Shown piece by piece: positions 24,453 to 33,609 of a stretch of 38,588 bases of DNA. The notes below the pieces were generated by a model that saw only the letters and a program-made list of their open reading frames with translations, was not told the DNA's origin and ran no database searches. Source of the DNA: a virus (Duplodnaviria > Caudoviricetes). The translations under genes and the position numbers were made by a program. The number at the start of each line of letters is the position of its first letter. The stretch's first letter is position 1. The DNA lies in IMG/VR virus record IMGVR_UViG_3300043765_000079, positions 1 to 38,588 of that record; one strand, 5' to 3'.

Positions 24453-24990
24453 GGTCATTCTTGCGGCCGGCTCCTTGACAGACGAACAGGTTGCGCGTGC
24501 AACCGGTCTCGACTTGGCCACGGTTTCCCGTATTCTGGCCAACTATGAGCTTGCCGGCATGATCGAGCCGCGCGGCGGTGCCTGGGTGGCAGCAGACCGA
24601 TGGCGAGAAAAAAGCGCAACCCGCGTCAAGACGCGGATGAAGTACCGGCCGAAGGCGAGTACCAGCAAACCGACGACCGGAAGGCAGAGCTTCTCGACAC
24701 AGAGCCCGACGTCGAAGACGTCTGCCTTGAGCTCCTGCAAGACGTCACCAAGGGTTTTACCGAGCAGTGGGATCGTTCAAATCAAGCGCTCGACAATTGG
24801 GACATCTTCTACTCGGTCCTCGGACCCAAACAGTTCTACACGGGTAATTCCAAGATATTTGTTCCGCTCGTACATGACGCGATCGAGGCGCGCAAAACTC
24901 GCTTCGTTAATCAGATGTTCCCGACGTCTGGGAAGCACGTTGAGGTTATCTCTTCGGAAGACAAGCCGCAGGGCATCCAATCCCTTTTAG
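24448..24990 (+). CDS. Winged-HTH reading frame with no good start; possible +1 frameshift product
   Basis: FRVILAAGSLTDEQVARATGLDLATVSRILANYELAGMIEPRGGAW fills the 24452-24600 gap; the frame continues into the portal gene. Confidence 0.5.
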   Translation, partial: FRVILAAGSLTDEQVARATGLDLATVSRILANYELAGMIEPRGGAWVAADRWREKSATRVKTRMKYRPKASTSKPTTGRQSFSTQSPTSKTSALSSCKTSPRVLPSSGIVQIKRSTIGTSSTRSSDPNSSTRVIPRYLFRSYMTRSRRAKLASLIRCSRRLGSTLRLSLRKTSRRASNPF

Positions 24991-26798
24991 AATTTTACAT
25001 CCGCAAGGCGCGGCTGCGGACGCAGATTTTCCCCTCGCTCATTCGCAACGGTGACATCGAGGGGCAGTACAGCCTCATGGTGCATTGGACCAAGACCAAG
25101 CGGCACGTCACGTGGCGCGTGAAAAAGAAAGACAAGATCCCAGGCAGCGACGTCGAGGCTCCGGGCGGAGAGGAGTTCGATGACGTCGAGAGCGATACGC
25201 TCGTGCACGAGTATCCAACCGTCGAGATCATCGCCGACACCGACATTCTTATTCTCCCCGCGACTGCCAACACCATCGAAGAGGCGCTCGACGTCGGCGG
25301 ATCGGTGACCGTCATTCGTCGCTGGTCGAAGACCAAGATCAATCAGATGATCGAAGACGAAGAGATCACTGAGGAGCGCGGTGAAGCTCTGATCGCTTCG
25401 ATGGGCGGCAAGTCGACGACGCAAACACCGAACAAGAAAAGCGCCATGGTCGAGGCCTCGGGAGCTCGTGCTGGCGACAGCAGCAAGACTGCGCTGGTGT
25501 ACGAGACGTGGACCAAGTTTTCGCTCAAGACGCCGGAAGACGAGGAGGACGAGGGCGAGTATCAACGCCGAATCGTGCGGATCTTCTATGCGGCCGGCGC
25601 TGAAGATACGGCCGTGTCGTGCAAGCGCAATCCGTACTGGTGCGACAAGGTCCCTATTCTCTCCGCTGCGGAGACCAAGGTTGACGGCTCTTTCAAAGGC
25701 AAGGCGAAGGTGACGTACTGCGAGAGCATGCAGTATGCCGCGAACGACGCGATCAACGAAGGCATGGATAGCGCCGCCTACGCATTGCTGCCGATCATCA
25801 TGACCGACCCGGTGAAAAATCCGCGCACGGGAACGATGGTGCTCAACGTCGCCGCGATATGGGAGACCGACCCCAAGTCGACGCAGTTCGCGCAATTCCC
25901 ACAATTGTGGAAGGAAGCCTTTGCGATCGTCGGCTCGTCGAAGGATCAGATTTTCCAGACGCTCGGGATCAATCCCGCGATGATGCCGCAGCAGACGACG
26001 GCACCGGGAAAGAAGCCAAACCAAGCGGCAATTGCCAACGAGCAGATGGTGGACATCCTTACCACTGCCGATGCGGTGACCAACATCGAGGACGAGATCG
26101 CGTCGCCGCTTCTGCAATGGTTCGTGTATCTCGATCACCAGTTTCGCAGCAAGGAGATCACCGTTCGCGCCTTCGGCCCCGTCGGCTTGCGCGCGAACAT
26201 GGAGACGATCGAGCCGATTCAGATGGGGCGTCGCTTCGAGTTCCGTTGGTTCGGCGTTGAGGCTGCGCGCAACGCGCAGCAGATGCAGATGCAAATGGCG
26301 GGCATCAACGTGATCAAGGGAATTCCGCCGCAGATGTATCCGGGTTATGAGCTTAACCTTGCGCCTGTGATCACGCAGTTCGTGGAGAACTTGTTCGGGC
26401 CGCGCCTCTCCGGAGAAATATTCCAAGACCTTCGCAAGAAGCTCACGCTTGAACCGCAGTTCGAGAACATGCTGCTCGAAGCTGGCTACGACTTGCCGGT
26501 GCAGCCGATGGACAACGATCAGGAGCACATGAAGGCGCATATGGAGCTTGCGCAGCAGACGGGAGATCCGAGCGGCGTCATTCGCGTGCACATGATCAAG
26601 CATCAGATGAACATGCAAAAGAAGATGCAGGCTCAGCAGATGCAGCAGCAGCAAATTCTCCAGGGTGGCCCGCAGCAACAGGGCGGACCCCGGCAAGGCG
26701 GGCGTTCAACCGTACCGCGAGGGGGTCAAAAGCCCCCTGGTGCAGTACCACAAGACCAGTTACAAGGACCGCAGGGGCCGCGCGTGAGGGCCGCGTAG
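24600..26798 (+). CDS. Portal protein
   Basis: 732 aa, downstream of terL, Q-rich C-terminal tail typical of podovirus portals. Confidence 0.85.
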   Translation: MARKKRNPRQDADEVPAEGEYQQTDDRKAELLDTEPDVEDVCLELLQDVTKGFTEQWDRSNQALDNWDIFYSVLGPKQFYTGNSKIFVPLVHDAIEARKTRFVNQMFPTSGKHVEVISSEDKPQGIQSLLEFYIRKARLRTQIFPSLIRNGDIEGQYSLMVHWTKTKRHVTWRVKKKDKIPGSDVEAPGGEEFDDVESDTLVHEYPTVEIIADTDILILPATANTIEEALDVGGSVTVIRRWSKTKINQMIEDEEITEERGEALIASMGGKSTTQTPNKKSAMVEASGARAGDSSKTALVYETWTKFSLKTPEDEEDEGEYQRRIVRIFYAAGAEDTAVSCKRNPYWCDKVPILSAAETKVDGSFKGKAKVTYCESMQYAANDAINEGMDSAAYALLPIIMTDPVKNPRTGTMVLNVAAIWETDPKSTQFAQFPQLWKEAFAIVGSSKDQIFQTLGINPAMMPQQTTAPGKKPNQAAIANEQMVDILTTADAVTNIEDEIASPLLQWFVYLDHQFRSKEITVRAFGPVGLRANMETIEPIQMGRRFEFRWFGVEAARNAQQMQMQMAGINVIKGIPPQMYPGYELNLAPVITQFVENLFGPRLSGEIFQDLRKKLTLEPQFENMLLEAGYDLPVQPMDNDQEHMKAHMELAQQTGDPSGVIRVHMIKHQMNMQKKMQAQQMQQQQILQGGPQQQGGPRQGGRSTVPRGGQKPPGAVPQDQLQGPQGPRVRAA

Positions 26799-27004
26799 TG
26801 GCGAAAAAGCGCAAGAAATCGAAAGCTCAACCTTCCCTCATGATCGAGGATCGGGATTGGCGTGCGCGCCACGACTACGAAACGTTGTGCAGCGCATCAG
26901 AGATCAGCCGTGATTCCGCCCGAATGCGCGGTGTTAGATCGCACGCGAAAGAGCAGCGTGAGAAGGCGCAACGCATTCAACGGCTCGAAGGGAAACTTCT
27001 ATGA
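26798..27004 (+). CDS. Small basic protein
   Basis: Overlaps both neighbours; DWRARHD..TL..A.EI..D..RM. Confidence 0.75.
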   Translation: MAKKRKKSKAQPSLMIEDRDWRARHDYETLCSASEISRDSARMRGVRSHAKEQREKAQRIQRLEGKLL

Positions 27005-27576
27005 CCGCGGCCAATTTCGAGCAGGCGTATAAGTACACTCTTATCGACGAGCTCGGGAAGGACGACGACCCTGAAGATCGTGGTGGACGTACCTGCGATG
27101 GTATTACGCAAGGTGAATATGATGCGTGGTGTCATATCCATTCTCAACCCTTCGGGGACGTCTGGAACATCACCGACGATACCAAGCGGACCATCTATTT
27201 CGTCAATTATTGGGACCCGTGGGCCAATCGTCTCCCCAAAGCCATCGACTATCTCTGGTTCGACGCGAACGTGAATTCTGGAGCGCACGAGGCGACGCTG
27301 CTGCTCCAGCGTGCGCTTGGTTTTACCGGTCGCGATTTGGATGGCTCGATCGGCATCTACACGTGCCAGCGCGCGATGGCGACCGACGACCTTCATGCGC
27401 TCGCGCAACGCTTCTGCGATGAGCACAGGGCGCTTTACAACGAGATCATTGCCGCCCATCCGAGCGATCGGAAGTTTCGCAAGGGCTGGCTCAATCGAAT
27501 TTTGCACGAACGGCATAACGCCGTGGAGATGTTGAATGTCCCAGCAACCCCCGCAATCCCCGCCGCCAACGGGTGA
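27001..27576 (+). CDS. GH108 endolysin with PG_binding_3-type C-terminus
   Basis: E....DPEDRGGRT..GITQ, YW, FDANVNSG, LLQRALG..DG.IG..T, FRKGWLNR. Confidence 0.9.
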   Translation: MTAANFEQAYKYTLIDELGKDDDPEDRGGRTCDGITQGEYDAWCHIHSQPFGDVWNITDDTKRTIYFVNYWDPWANRLPKAIDYLWFDANVNSGAHEATLLLQRALGFTGRDLDGSIGIYTCQRAMATDDLHALAQRFCDEHRALYNEIIAAHPSDRKFRKGWLNRILHERHNAVEMLNVPATPAIPAANG

Positions 27577-27922
27577 GATTTACGGCGTCAATCTTCAGCA
27601 ACTTTACGCCGCTCTTCACGTCATCGCCCCACTGATCGGCGGCATTCTCATCACCCACGGCGTGATGAATGCGACGCAGTTCGATAGCTTGATCAACCAG
27701 ATTGGCACGATCGTCACCGACGTGTCGGTGCTCATCGGCGCGGTCCTGCCGGTGTGGGCCATGGTGTCGGCGATGATCAAGCACACCAATGCGTCCGTGG
27801 TGGCGGAGGCTTCGCAAGTCCCCGGCGTGACCGTTCAGGTCAACAGCAATGCACCGGACACGGTGAAGGCTGTCGCCAAAGACCCTACTATGCCAAATGT
27901 CGTGGAGGCCCCACCGAAATGA
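27536..27922 (+). CDS. Putative holin
   Basis: Two TM segments; directly follows the endolysin. Confidence 0.65.
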   Translation: MSQQPPQSPPPTGEIYGVNLQQLYAALHVIAPLIGGILITHGVMNATQFDSLINQIGTIVTDVSVLIGAVLPVWAMVSAMIKHTNASVVAEASQVPGVTVQVNSNAPDTVKAVAKDPTMPNVVEAPPK

Positions 27923-28734
27923 AGTACGGCCGCAGGCGCGATACGCTCGATAATCGGGATGCGTTGTATGTCCACAAGCACGGTGTCGAACTTGGGGCGT
28001 TGCCGCCTGTTTCGATCGATTTGCGCTCTCAATTACCCCCGGTATGGGATCAGGAATTCCAAGATTGTGGGCCCACTTCCATGGACGCTTTCTTGTGTTA
28101 TTGCTTCCCAGATCAGTGGCCTCCTGGGTTCTCGCGGCTTCAGATTTATTACGACGTTCGCACACTTGAACTCGATCCCAACTCGGATGACGGGGTCGAA
28201 ACGCGTGATCTCTTCAAGGTGCTCCTGCAAACTGGAGCGTTGCGTGAGGACGTTTGGCCGTATGATTCATCGACATTTGCCGATCACCCGCCCGCGGAAG
28301 GTACCTTTTGGAAGATCGCATCTTACTCACGTCTGACCGGTCCGGCTGACTTCCTTGCCTGCCTCGCGGCGGGTCGTCCGTTCATCATGGGTTTCGATGT
28401 GCGTGCTGATTTCGAGGGCGACGAAGCGGCGAAGACCGGCATCATTCGAAGGTTGGGATCGCAAACGATCATAGGCGGCCACGACGTTTTGGTTGTCGGA
28501 TACGATCAGAATTTTGGCAACAGCACTGACCTAAAAAAATCAGGAATTCCTTTCTCCGCAGTGGATGGGACGGCATTGCTGTGTCGTAACTCGTGGGGTA
28601 CTGATTGGGGAATTGACGGGCATTTTTGGATGCCGATCAGCTACCCCGACGACAGCACCGATTGCTGGACCGCGGTGCCTGCACCCGCCCCCGAAATCCC
28701 GTCGGCAATCCCTGTAAGAGAGGACTTTCCATGA
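27919..28734 (+). CDS. Papain-like C1 cysteine peptidase
   Basis: DLR...PVWDQ...C, SRL.IYY, WPY, GGHDVLVVGYD, RNSWGTDWG. Confidence 0.88.
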   Translation: MKYGRRRDTLDNRDALYVHKHGVELGALPPVSIDLRSQLPPVWDQEFQDCGPTSMDAFLCYCFPDQWPPGFSRLQIYYDVRTLELDPNSDDGVETRDLFKVLLQTGALREDVWPYDSSTFADHPPAEGTFWKIASYSRLTGPADFLACLAAGRPFIMGFDVRADFEGDEAAKTGIIRRLGSQTIIGGHDVLVVGYDQNFGNSTDLKKSGIPFSAVDGTALLCRNSWGTDWGIDGHFWMPISYPDDSTDCWTAVPAPAPEIPSAIPVREDFP

Positions 28735-29021
28735 CACAGTTCCTTGCCGACAAGATGACCGCGATTACTGAAGAGCTTCGCAAGCAGGCCGATGCTTCCG
28801 GCTATGGCTCGTTCATCAGCGCGGAGAAAATTCAGGAGTCGGCGGCGGCGATCGTTTCACGGATTTCTGAGGTCGAGCAGAAGTACGGCTTCGTGCCGTT
28901 GCATCAGGACGGAACGCTGACTACGCAGGTTGACAAGCCTGTTCCCGCTCCGGCGCCCGAGCAAGAGGCTGCTACGGATGCTCAGCCGCAGGAGGGCTCC
29001 GCCGTTCCTGACACGATCTAA
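28731..29021 (+). CDS. Hypothetical protein
   Basis: GAGGA SD; ATGA overlap. Confidence 0.7.
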   Translation: MTQFLADKMTAITEELRKQADASGYGSFISAEKIQESAAAIVSRISEVEQKYGFVPLHQDGTLTTQVDKPVPAPAPEQEAATDAQPQEGSAVPDTI

Positions 29022-29034
29022 CTGGAGGTGAACG

Positions 29035-29367
29035 ATGCGAAAAATTTTGGTGGTGTGCGCGCTGCTTTCACTTGGTGGCTGCGCGCAACTCTCTGGCGCC
29101 TTTGACAGCGTATTCGGTCAAGGCGCCTCCGCTGCTCTCGTCGCCAAGGTGCAGGCTGGAACGACTGCGCTGTGCAGTTTTGCGCCTACCGCGCAAAGCG
29201 TCGCAGACATCTTGGCAACTTATGCCGGGTTGACGACGTTGGATAACGCAGTTGATGGCGCTATCCAGGGGATTTGCAGTGCAGTCGTCACCAAGGCCGG
29301 CGCGCGACGCAAGCTTGGCACCGCTGTCTTCCGCGGCGTTGCGATCCACGGTCGTTATCTACAGTGA
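29035..29367 (+). CDS. Lipoprotein (possible spanin)
   Basis: MRKILVVCALLSLGG-C lipobox; GGAGGT SD; in the lysis cluster. Confidence 0.75.
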   Translation: MRKILVVCALLSLGGCAQLSGAFDSVFGQGASAALVAKVQAGTTALCSFAPTAQSVADILATYAGLTTLDNAVDGAIQGICSAVVTKAGARRKLGTAVFRGVAIHGRYLQ

Positions 29368-29374
29368 CGACCAC

Positions 29375-29644
29375 GTGGAAAGTGAGCGACCACCTACACG
29401 CGAGATAGCCCTTTTTTGGGACGAGATGCGTCGCATTGAGGCTCGCGTCGAAAGGTCGATCACCGAACTCAAGGATCAGATCGAGGCGCATCACGAAGCC
29501 AACGTGTTGCGCCTCGAAGCTTTGAATAAGGAAGTAAATCAAGGTCTTGGCGTTCTCGCTACGACCAAGTTCTTTTTCAATCTGTTGTGGGCCCTTGGTG
29601 GCGCGCTGGTCGGCTTCCTGGCTACTCGCTTGACCTCAAAGTAA
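29375..29644 (+). CDS. Coiled coil + C-terminal TM protein (XhlA-like); start uncertain
   Basis: Heptad helix followed by FFFNLLWALGGALVGFLA. Confidence 0.65.
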   Translation: MESERPPTREIALFWDEMRRIEARVERSITELKDQIEAHHEANVLRLEALNKEVNQGLGVLATTKFFFNLLWALGGALVGFLATRLTSK

Positions 29645-29704
29645 AAATCAACGAAGTTCCGTGTGCGAGTGATTGGACGTTACCAATCGACATGGAGCAC
29701 GCAG

Positions 29705-30511
29705 GTGCCACGCGGACGCAATCAGGAAGACGACGACCTCGATTTCGACCTCGACAGACTCGATCCGAACGGCAATCAGCCCGAAGACGATCCGGCCGAC
29801 GAGCCCGATCCGAACGATGAGCCTGATGAGCCGGAAGACGACGAGATCAGAGCCGGCGACGAGAACGAAGACGACGAGCCTGATGATGAGCCGGAAGATG
29901 ACGATGAGCCAGAACGGCGATCGGCGTCACGGCAGCAAGACCGAAGGCCGCAGCGGCGGGACGATCGCATTCACGCGCTGACAACGCGCAACGCCGATCT
30001 CGAACGTCGCATCAATGAATTGACCACTCGGGTCAATCAGCCTCCGGCGCAAACCCGCGAAACACCAGAGCAGCGTGCGGCTAGACTGGCGCTGATGCAA
30101 CCGGAAGACCGGATTCGCGAAGAGCTTCGCGAGTCCACTGAAGCTCACAATGGCCAAATGCGGGCCATTCAGTTTCAGCTTCAGGACACCAGCGACCGCG
30201 CTTCTTTTGATGCCAAGGTTGGTCGATCAAAGCTTCATGCGCGATGGGCTGACAAGGTTGAAGAGGAGTATCGGAAACAGCAGTCAGGCGGGATGTTCGT
30301 CCCTCGCGAAGCGATCATGTACTTCCTGATCGGGAAGGCAGCAGTCGCGGCGGCGGAAGATCCCGGCAATCGCCAAGAGCGGCGCGCTGCTGCAAGTCGT
30401 GTTCGTCGACAGACGACACGCCCGAGCAACTCACGATCTGACCGCGCACCAAGCGGGGATTCTCGTCGATCGGCATCACTGGAGAAGCGCCTGGAGAACG
30501 TGCAGCTTTAA
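29705..30511 (+). CDS. Scaffolding protein
   Basis: Asp/Glu/Pro-repeat N-terminus, coiled coil, immediately upstream of the capsid gene; GGAG SD before GTG. Confidence 0.8.
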   Translation: MPRGRNQEDDDLDFDLDRLDPNGNQPEDDPADEPDPNDEPDEPEDDEIRAGDENEDDEPDDEPEDDDEPERRSASRQQDRRPQRRDDRIHALTTRNADLERRINELTTRVNQPPAQTRETPEQRAARLALMQPEDRIREELRESTEAHNGQMRAIQFQLQDTSDRASFDAKVGRSKLHARWADKVEEEYRKQQSGGMFVPREAIMYFLIGKAAVAAAEDPGNRQERRAAASRVRRQTTRPSNSRSDRAPSGDSRRSASLEKRLENVQL

Positions 30512-30523
30512 GAGGCTTGCTCC

Positions 30524-31885
30524 ATGGCTGGTGGTCCGAACTTTGCCGCGCAGTTTTCCGCGGACATTGAAAGCTATATCGCCGATCAAACTCTTCCCCT
30601 CGCTCGACGCCAACTCGTCGTCTATCAGTTCGGCGATCCGCTGACGCTTCCGAAAGGTCGCGGCACGACCTACACGGCGACGCGATACAATCGTGTCCCG
30701 TTGCCCTTCGCTCCGCTCGCAGAAGGCGTCCCACCGGTTGGTCAGATCATGACCATCGGGCAGGTGACCGCGTCTGCATTGCAATGGGGCGATCGCATCA
30801 CGATTACCGACGTGGCGGAGCTCACGATCAAGCATCCGCTGTTCAAGAAGGCGATCGAGTTGATGGGCCTGCAAGTGGCCGAAACGCTCGAACGCAACAC
30901 CTTCAACAATCTTCAGGCGTTCACGCAGATCAACTACGTGAACTCTAGAGGATCACGCGCGGGCCTCGTTGCCGGCGATGTACTAAATATCCGCGAGTTG
31001 GATCGGGCGTATGCTCAGATGCTAACGCTCGGAGCGCCTCGCTATTCTGGTGACGAGTTAACGGATACGAAAATCGCCGCGGACTCAGGAGGCGCGAAAG
31101 CGTCATCCAATCCGCGTGCCATGCCTCACTACGTGATGGTGATTCACCCACTGGTGGGCTCCGATCTCCGAGAGAACCAACCGATTCAATACGCTTGGTC
31201 GCACTCGGATATCAACCGGCTTTACAACTTCGAGGTTGGCGAGTGGTCGGGCATCCGCTTCTGCATGTCCAACCTCGTGCCCTTCTGGACCAATGCAGGA
31301 GCGGGCCCGGCGCTCGCGGCTTCCGGCACCGGGTCTGGATTCGGCGCGGCGACCTACCGTGTTCTGATCACCGGATCGGATGGTCAGAACCAGTACGAGT
31401 CGCAGATCTACACTGATGCCGCGCAGGCGACGACCGCGGGTCAGAACATCACCTTCACCACGCCCAACCTTCCCGGCTTCACGTTCTCCGCTTACGTGAC
31501 TGCTGCGGGCGGCGCGGCCAACACCGAAGCCAACCTTGCGCTGTCTCCGCAGGGACCAACTGCGGGACCCATGCAGGGTGTCGCTGTGCAGTTGCCGGCG
31601 AACACTGCGATCACGTTGACCGGCATTGGTCCGTTCCAGACACCTCCGGCACAACCTTCGGCCGGCGTGACCGTGTATCCGAACTATCTGTTCGGGCGCG
31701 GCAGCTACGGCCAAGTGATCCTCGACGAGGCGAAGTTCACGTACCTCAAAGAGCCCGACAAGTCGGACCCCTTGAACCAACTCCGCATCGTCGGCTGGAA
31801 GGCGTTCTACGGAACCATCATCCAGAACAATCAATTCGCCTTGCGAATTGAGTCGACGTCATCCTTCAGCACAGCCTTCGGCTGA
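30524..31885 (+). CDS. Major capsid protein, N4-gp56 type
   Basis: LPKGRG, PLAEGVPP, QWGD.I.ITD, EVGEWSGIRF, DKSDPLNQ...VGWK. Confidence 0.92.
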   Translation: MAGGPNFAAQFSADIESYIADQTLPLARRQLVVYQFGDPLTLPKGRGTTYTATRYNRVPLPFAPLAEGVPPVGQIMTIGQVTASALQWGDRITITDVAELTIKHPLFKKAIELMGLQVAETLERNTFNNLQAFTQINYVNSRGSRAGLVAGDVLNIRELDRAYAQMLTLGAPRYSGDELTDTKIAADSGGAKASSNPRAMPHYVMVIHPLVGSDLRENQPIQYAWSHSDINRLYNFEVGEWSGIRFCMSNLVPFWTNAGAGPALAASGTGSGFGAATYRVLITGSDGQNQYESQIYTDAAQATTAGQNITFTTPNLPGFTFSAYVTAAGGAANTEANLALSPQGPTAGPMQGVAVQLPANTAITLTGIGPFQTPPAQPSAGVTVYPNYLFGRGSYGQVILDEAKFTYLKEPDKSDPLNQLRIVGWKAFYGTIIQNNQFALRIESTSSFSTAFG

Positions 31886-31899
31886 TTGAGGAGGTTAGC

Positions 31900-32253
31900 G
31901 TGCCTTATCGTCTTCGTTACAAGGCTTGGATCGACTACCTGCCCCCAGGTATCTCGGCCATGGCAGGGACGACGTTCAACGCGTCGTCCCAGGGCAACCC
32001 GATCACGGCGACTACCGGCCCCACGTCCGGTGCGTCCGTGGCGGAAGCCCCGGCTGGTGGTGCGCAGACCGTGGCGTTTTTCCAGACGCCTCCCGGTCAA
32101 GCTCTTATTGGGACCGGCGCCGCGCAACCCGGTGGAAACTCTCTTGCTTCCGCTGACATCACCACCCTGCTCACCGCGATGACCACCGACTTGTCGACGC
32201 AGATGAATGCTGCGTTGGCGCGGCTCGCGCAGTTCCCGAACGGAGGGACGTAA
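31900..32253 (+). CDS. Probable virion protein
   Basis: GAGGAGGT SD; follows the capsid gene. Confidence 0.7.
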   Translation: MPYRLRYKAWIDYLPPGISAMAGTTFNASSQGNPITATTGPTSGASVAEAPAGGAQTVAFFQTPPGQALIGTGAAQPGGNSLASADITTLLTAMTTDLSTQMNAALARLAQFPNGGT

Positions 32254-32657
32254 TGGCCTTTTCCACCCGCACGCTGGGCACCAATCTGACCACTTCGCTC
32301 ACGGCGTTCATCGTCGGCGTGGACGACTTCGACATTTCGGCGCTCAATCCATTGGGTGCCACGTCGAACGCGGGTGAGCAGTATGTCGCTCTGCTGAACA
32401 ATTCGCTTCGGTTGGACCCGGTGTCCAAGGGTCAGTTCGGTATTTCGAAGACCCCGCCGTACACGACCGACGTCGGCACTGTTCGTCAGCGCGTGAATCA
32501 GCCTTATTCGCGATCGGGGTATCTGATCATCCCCGGTCGCGGAAAGATCGTCCTGAAGTACGGCGACATCATCGCCTGGGACGCCGTCGCCGGCTGGCCC
32601 ATTGTCATTTCCGCCGATGCCGCTAACAATGGGCCCTATACGTTTATCAATACGTGA
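32253..32657 (+). CDS. Probable virion protein
   Basis: TAATG coupling; IPGRG...L..GD.IA.D...GWPIVIS. Confidence 0.7.
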   Translation: MAFSTRTLGTNLTTSLTAFIVGVDDFDISALNPLGATSNAGEQYVALLNNSLRLDPVSKGQFGISKTPPYTTDVGTVRQRVNQPYSRSGYLIIPGRGKIVLKYGDIIAWDAVAGWPIVISADAANNGPYTFINT

Positions 32658-32663
32658 GGTCTC

Positions 32664-33161
32664 ATGAAGAGAAATCGAGGCAGGGGGCAAGCCGTTCAAG
32701 ATGCCCTGCTCGCCATGGAGGATCGGGTCGACGCCGACGGCCTGCTTTCCGAAGAGGACAAGGCGGATATCAAGGAGCGTGCGCGCAAGCACGTTTTGAA
32801 TCTCAAGAAGGAAGCCGCGATCGACGCGGAATTCAATCGTCAAGTCCAGCTTGAGAAGTCCGCCTGGGACCCGAAGGAAAGGCTTGTCGATATTCTGATC
32901 GACTTGCCGGTCTTCCTTCCCTTCATCCGTCTCGACAACACCGTGTTTTTCCACGGGCTCGTTTACGAGGTTCCGACCAAAGTCGCTATCACCATGCGCG
33001 ATCAGATGGCGCGATCGTGGGAGCACCAGAACGAGATCCAAGGGCATTGGCGCGGCGGCGATCGGGCACGCGTTCCGCAAAACAAGATCATCTCGGATCG
33101 AGATCCGAACGGAACGCAGATCACCAGCACCGCTACGATGCGCGCGGTGACGCATGCTTGA
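32664..33161 (+). CDS. Hypothetical morphogenesis-region protein
   Basis: GAGGT SD; IDLP...I.LD...F.HG..Y pattern. Confidence 0.75.
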   Translation: MKRNRGRGQAVQDALLAMEDRVDADGLLSEEDKADIKERARKHVLNLKKEAAIDAEFNRQVQLEKSAWDPKERLVDILIDLPVFLPFIRLDNTVFFHGLVYEVPTKVAITMRDQMARSWEHQNEIQGHWRGGDRARVPQNKIISDRDPNGTQITSTATMRAVTHA

Positions 33162-33609
33162 TAAGCCGGGCGAAAGCCAATTGAAGGTCGTCGAAGGCAA
33201 GGACATCGCGATCGGGATTCAATTCTCCGCTGCGTACGACAGTAATCGCAGCCTTGTCCTGACGACCGGAGTCCCTCTCGACATTTCGCAGGAGGGGCTC
33301 GAAAAGATTCTTGCGCGCCTGTCGAGCGCTGCCGACAGTCTCAACAATCGCTATCGCCTGGAGGCTCTCAAGGCGGAGCTCAAGCGGTGGCAACTCGATC
33401 ACGACAATTCCAAGCAGCAGCGCGCCAATCTTGAAGTAATCGTCGCGGCGAATTGGCAGCAGCGTGATCGCAAGGGTACACCGAAGCCGACGGCGCAACA
33501 GGACGCGCAGGCACGCAACTTCGATATCTCGATCCAGCGTTGCGCTGATGAGATCAAGCGGGTGCGCGAGGAGATCGCCAAGCTGGAAGGCTCGATTGGG
33601 GATGCCTGA
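33154..33609 (+). CDS. Coiled-coil hypothetical protein
   Basis: Overlaps both neighbours; heptad pattern. Confidence 0.7.
   Translation: MLDKPGESQLKVVEGKDIAIGIQFSAAYDSNRSLVLTTGVPLDISQEGLEKILARLSSAADSLNNRYRLEALKAELKRWQLDHDNSKQQRANLEVIVAANWQQRDRKGTPKPTAQQDAQARNFDISIQRCADEIKRVREEIAKLEGSIGDA

Noticed and set aside
24987-26696. 569-aa antisense ORF opposite the portal (and similar ones at 277-1068, 31103-31834, 32097-33206)
   Set aside because: Antisense shadows expected from high-GC3 codon usage; no motifs or SD
27959-28336. +1-frame ORF in the peptidase gene over a T-rich patch
   Set aside because: No TM segment, motif or junction evidence
29790-29910. Tandem gacgagcctgatgagccggaaga-like repeats
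   Set aside because: Encode the DEPDEPEDD acidic region of the scaffold; not CRISPR or a non-coding repeat
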